NCBI GenBank assembly: GCA_051362555.1
Contig: CM120642.1
Span: 25,110,001-25,174,000 of the forward strand
DNA: 64,000 nucleotides
Origin: Lingula anatina
Lineage: Eukaryota > Animalia > Brachiopoda
Reading direction: 5' to 3'
In this document: piece by piece, positions 61,501-64,000 of the stretch
How the letters are laid out: each line of letters starts with the position of its first letter
Numbering within the stretch: position 1 is the first letter of the stretch
Made by a program: the position numbers and the translations under genes
Notes under the pieces: model-generated
The model's database searches: none
What the model was told of the DNA's origin: nothing
The model's input: the letters and a program-made list of their open reading frames with translations, nothing else

Positions 61501-63889
61501 GCTGTCAATGGTGTTACATGGCTAGCCATTCCCGGAACAGACTTTATTGCTGCTCAGCTGAGTGTTACTGCGGGCACACATCGCATAGAGCATATTTCTC
61601 CTATCCAGACTTTCTCAGTATTCTCCTACGGGTTTGCTGAATCCGTTTCTTATGGCTATCCAGGAGGACTGAGACTTGCAAACCTGGACGTGACCAAATG
61701 TTTACCGAATACTGGTCAGCCGGCAGATGGCGTTGATAACGACTGTGACATGAAAATTGACGAAGAACTCCTTAATGGTATTGACGATGACGACGATGGT
61801 GTAATTGATGAGGATTTGTCTTCCCTACCGCCGGATGTGGACTTTCCTAAAGATACAGTAATTGTTTCAGGTAAAGAGATGGGTGAAGAGGGGTCCCGCT
61901 TCTAATTTCTAAAACTATTCTTCTGAATAACCAATGATACAATTGTCTTCACCTCAGTTTGACGTCATATATTCTTTTATAAGTGGGTTTTTGCATAAAT
62001 TCAATTAGCTTTTGATTACAGCAATATTTACTTCTAAACATTTGTGGTTAATTTGCAGGCGACGCGTCAGTTACCCATACCATAACGACCGAAGCTGGCA
62101 CCCCAAATGCGACTGGTTCTGAGCGCTGTATTGCCTATCGCGATATCACCATTAACTACACAGATACGACCAATGATAACGGCTGTGGGGTGGACATCAA
62201 GCGCACGTGGCTCGTGCAGGACGGGTGTGGGAACATCGTGCGGTCAGTTCAGACCATACTTGTATACAATTCATGGCAAGCTCTCCGGGCACATCCTGGA
62301 CAGAACTGTACGGGGATGGTGGAGGTAGTGGGATGCAATGACACTGCAGACGGTGGGTCCTCAGTTTAAAGCACTGTAATATTTTCGTTGGAAAAATAAG
62401 ATGAGTGCACAATCTCATCATCTTTGAAAGATACGGTTATTCAATAGAAATGTTGAAGGTATTAGGTCAATAACTTGAGAAATCTTGAGACTGTTAGCAT
62501 ACGAAAATTTGGCCGTTTAGTAGTTATGTAGGCATATTTACAAAAGCCATTTACAAAACGAAAAAATCATCAAATTTAATTTGGAAAAAATTGCAGAATT
62601 TCCGTTATGAGCCTGTTCTGAAATAAATGTACGAAATAACCTATGGATACGTTCGTTTCAGTGGTGGGTCAATGCACAACTACCCCATGCCCAGGCAATG
62701 AGAGCCACATCGTGCATGCAGGTGATTTTGGTTGTGCCTGTGACCTGTTTCTAGACACTGTCAGGTGTGTGCAAGGTATGTAACGGAGCGTGAGTTTCTT
62801 ATGGCATCATTATAGACTCTCTTTTATATTAAGTCAACAAATAGCACCGACACACGCTTCTTTCTATAGGTTATCTTAGGTTTATCAAACAACCCCTTGG
62901 TTGTATTGGCCAGCTGGCACGGATAACCTTTCTTTCGCTTCTGAGTAAGGAAAAGAAGAAGATATGAGGTAAACAATCTTAACCAAGATTTACATTTACA
63001 TTTGGGCGACCTGTTTGGCTTCAAGATCGGTCCTAATGTGGGATTTACAGTCACCATTAAACTGCATTGTTCCAATAGCAGAAAAGTGAGTCATTCTGTT
63101 AACACAACCAGACCCGTTGCCAACAGTTTCAAAATGGGAGGGGGGGTTGGGGGGGGGGGATTGAACCAATGAACTAATGAAAAAAGTTTCATATAAGAAC
63201 CATGCCAGTAGATGCCACAATAATGATGATATAATGACAAAAGGCATCCTTAAGAACAAAAGACATTTCTAAAACTTTATTTTATAAGTGTATAGTTGGG
63301 ATAAATTGTGCAAATAAAAAATGATTATTTTCCAGGTGAAAATTTGACAACCACTAAAATGCCAGAAAGAGTACGACCTAGCACCGAGTATTTAGCCGTT
63401 GAAACCACGCCTGAGTCTCCGGTGTTGACTTGGTCGACAGGGAAAACGCAGCAACATACTGGCAGTCCCACTATTGAAACTACGACTACATCGCAAAGAC
63501 TTTGGACATCGGAGGAGATCAAACGGTCCGAGCCTTCCACCACTCAAACCACTCCAAAAATGACAGGTGTGGCGTGGTCATCAGACAACATGAACCATGG
63601 CACTGAGCAACTTACTTCAGACACCACGGCTAAAGTGTCGTGGATATTTTCGTCGACGGAGAAGGTGGCACTAAGTACAAAGCGGCCTTATGCTGAGACT
63701 GTGAGTGAAACCCTGCAGAGAATTTTTACTTCAGAAAAAACGAAACTTAGCACTGAGAAACCTTCTACTGAAATCATGTCAAAATTTTCCTGGTTTGTTT
63801 GGTCAACGGATGAAGCGGTACAACGCACAACGCATTCCCATCTGGAGACCACGGCAGTATCAGCACCGGGCATTTGGTCTACAGAGGCT
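58551..63889 (+). CDS. Copy 5 (3'-incomplete in window): FCGBP-N-like + HYR-like + 5-Cys EGF + long S/T-rich stalk
   Basis: Exons 58551-58611 (MKVLYFLLCMLFLCFLGGDT), 60434-61870, 62059-62352, 62662-62775, 63336-63889 (25-aa repeats, phase 1-0 as in copy 1). TM and tail are expected beyond 64000. Confidence 0.85.
59112..59212. mobile_element. Tiny MITE relic (CCCAGCAAACA end, AACGTT repeats)
   Basis: tacccagcaaaca ... tgtttgctgtg with internal aacgttat repeats. Confidence 0.5.
59600..60410 (-). mobile_element. Degenerate Tc1-like transposase relic in intron 1 of copy 5
   Basis: Minus-strand translation RRRRVTWSAKTFAWTVGQNWCHFFDEIIFTV..GQVRVW resembles the Tc1 W..V.FSDE..F region; boundaries approximate. 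Confidence 0.5.
60434..61870 (+). CDS. Copy 5 large exon: IgGFc-binding protein N-terminal-like domain
   Basis: ORF 60475..61905; tttcag|ATGTTCCTGAC ... TCAG|gtaaag; 1437 nt. Confidence 0.9.
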
Positions 63890-64000
63890 GTAAGTAGATT
63901 TAAAAGAATATTTCAGCGTTTGCTATATATATATATATATATATGGTTCATGTAGAAGTTCGCGTAAAGGTGAACTAGACACGTCAGATCAATATATACT

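Overview
AT-rich, intron-containing animal DNA, probably a marine invertebrate (taxon not determinable here). The window is almost entirely a tandem cluster of five paralogous type-I membrane-protein genes plus one dead ectodomain exon. Shared layout: signal-peptide exon; one ~1.44 kb exon encoding an IgGFc-binding-protein (FCGBP) N-terminal-like domain ending in an Asp-rich DGxDNDCD..IDE..DDD.DG.IDED motif; a 98-aa HYR-like exon (RTWxVQDGCGN); a 5-Cys EGF-like exon; a stalk of either 7-12 single-exon EGF repeats (copies 2-4) or a 25-aa Ser/Thr repeat (copies 1 and 5); a TM exon; and an acidic, Pro-rich cytoplasmic exon of 1-3 repeats ending in RLPPL. Copy 1 is on the minus strand, head-to-head with copy 2. 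Copy 5 runs off the right edge. The copies are mosaics of one another, with variation concentrated in short N-terminal loops, apparent gene-conversion tracts, swapped modules and dead or stop-containing EGF exons. My best candidate for an undescribed system is therefore a diversifying recognition or adhesion receptor family. Introns and spacers carry a Tc1-like element, two complementary deleted CR1/L2-type LINE copies (one with a 2A-like motif) and many MITEs and hairpins. Exon coordinates were read by hand from splice signals and paralog alignment; there is no transcript evidence.
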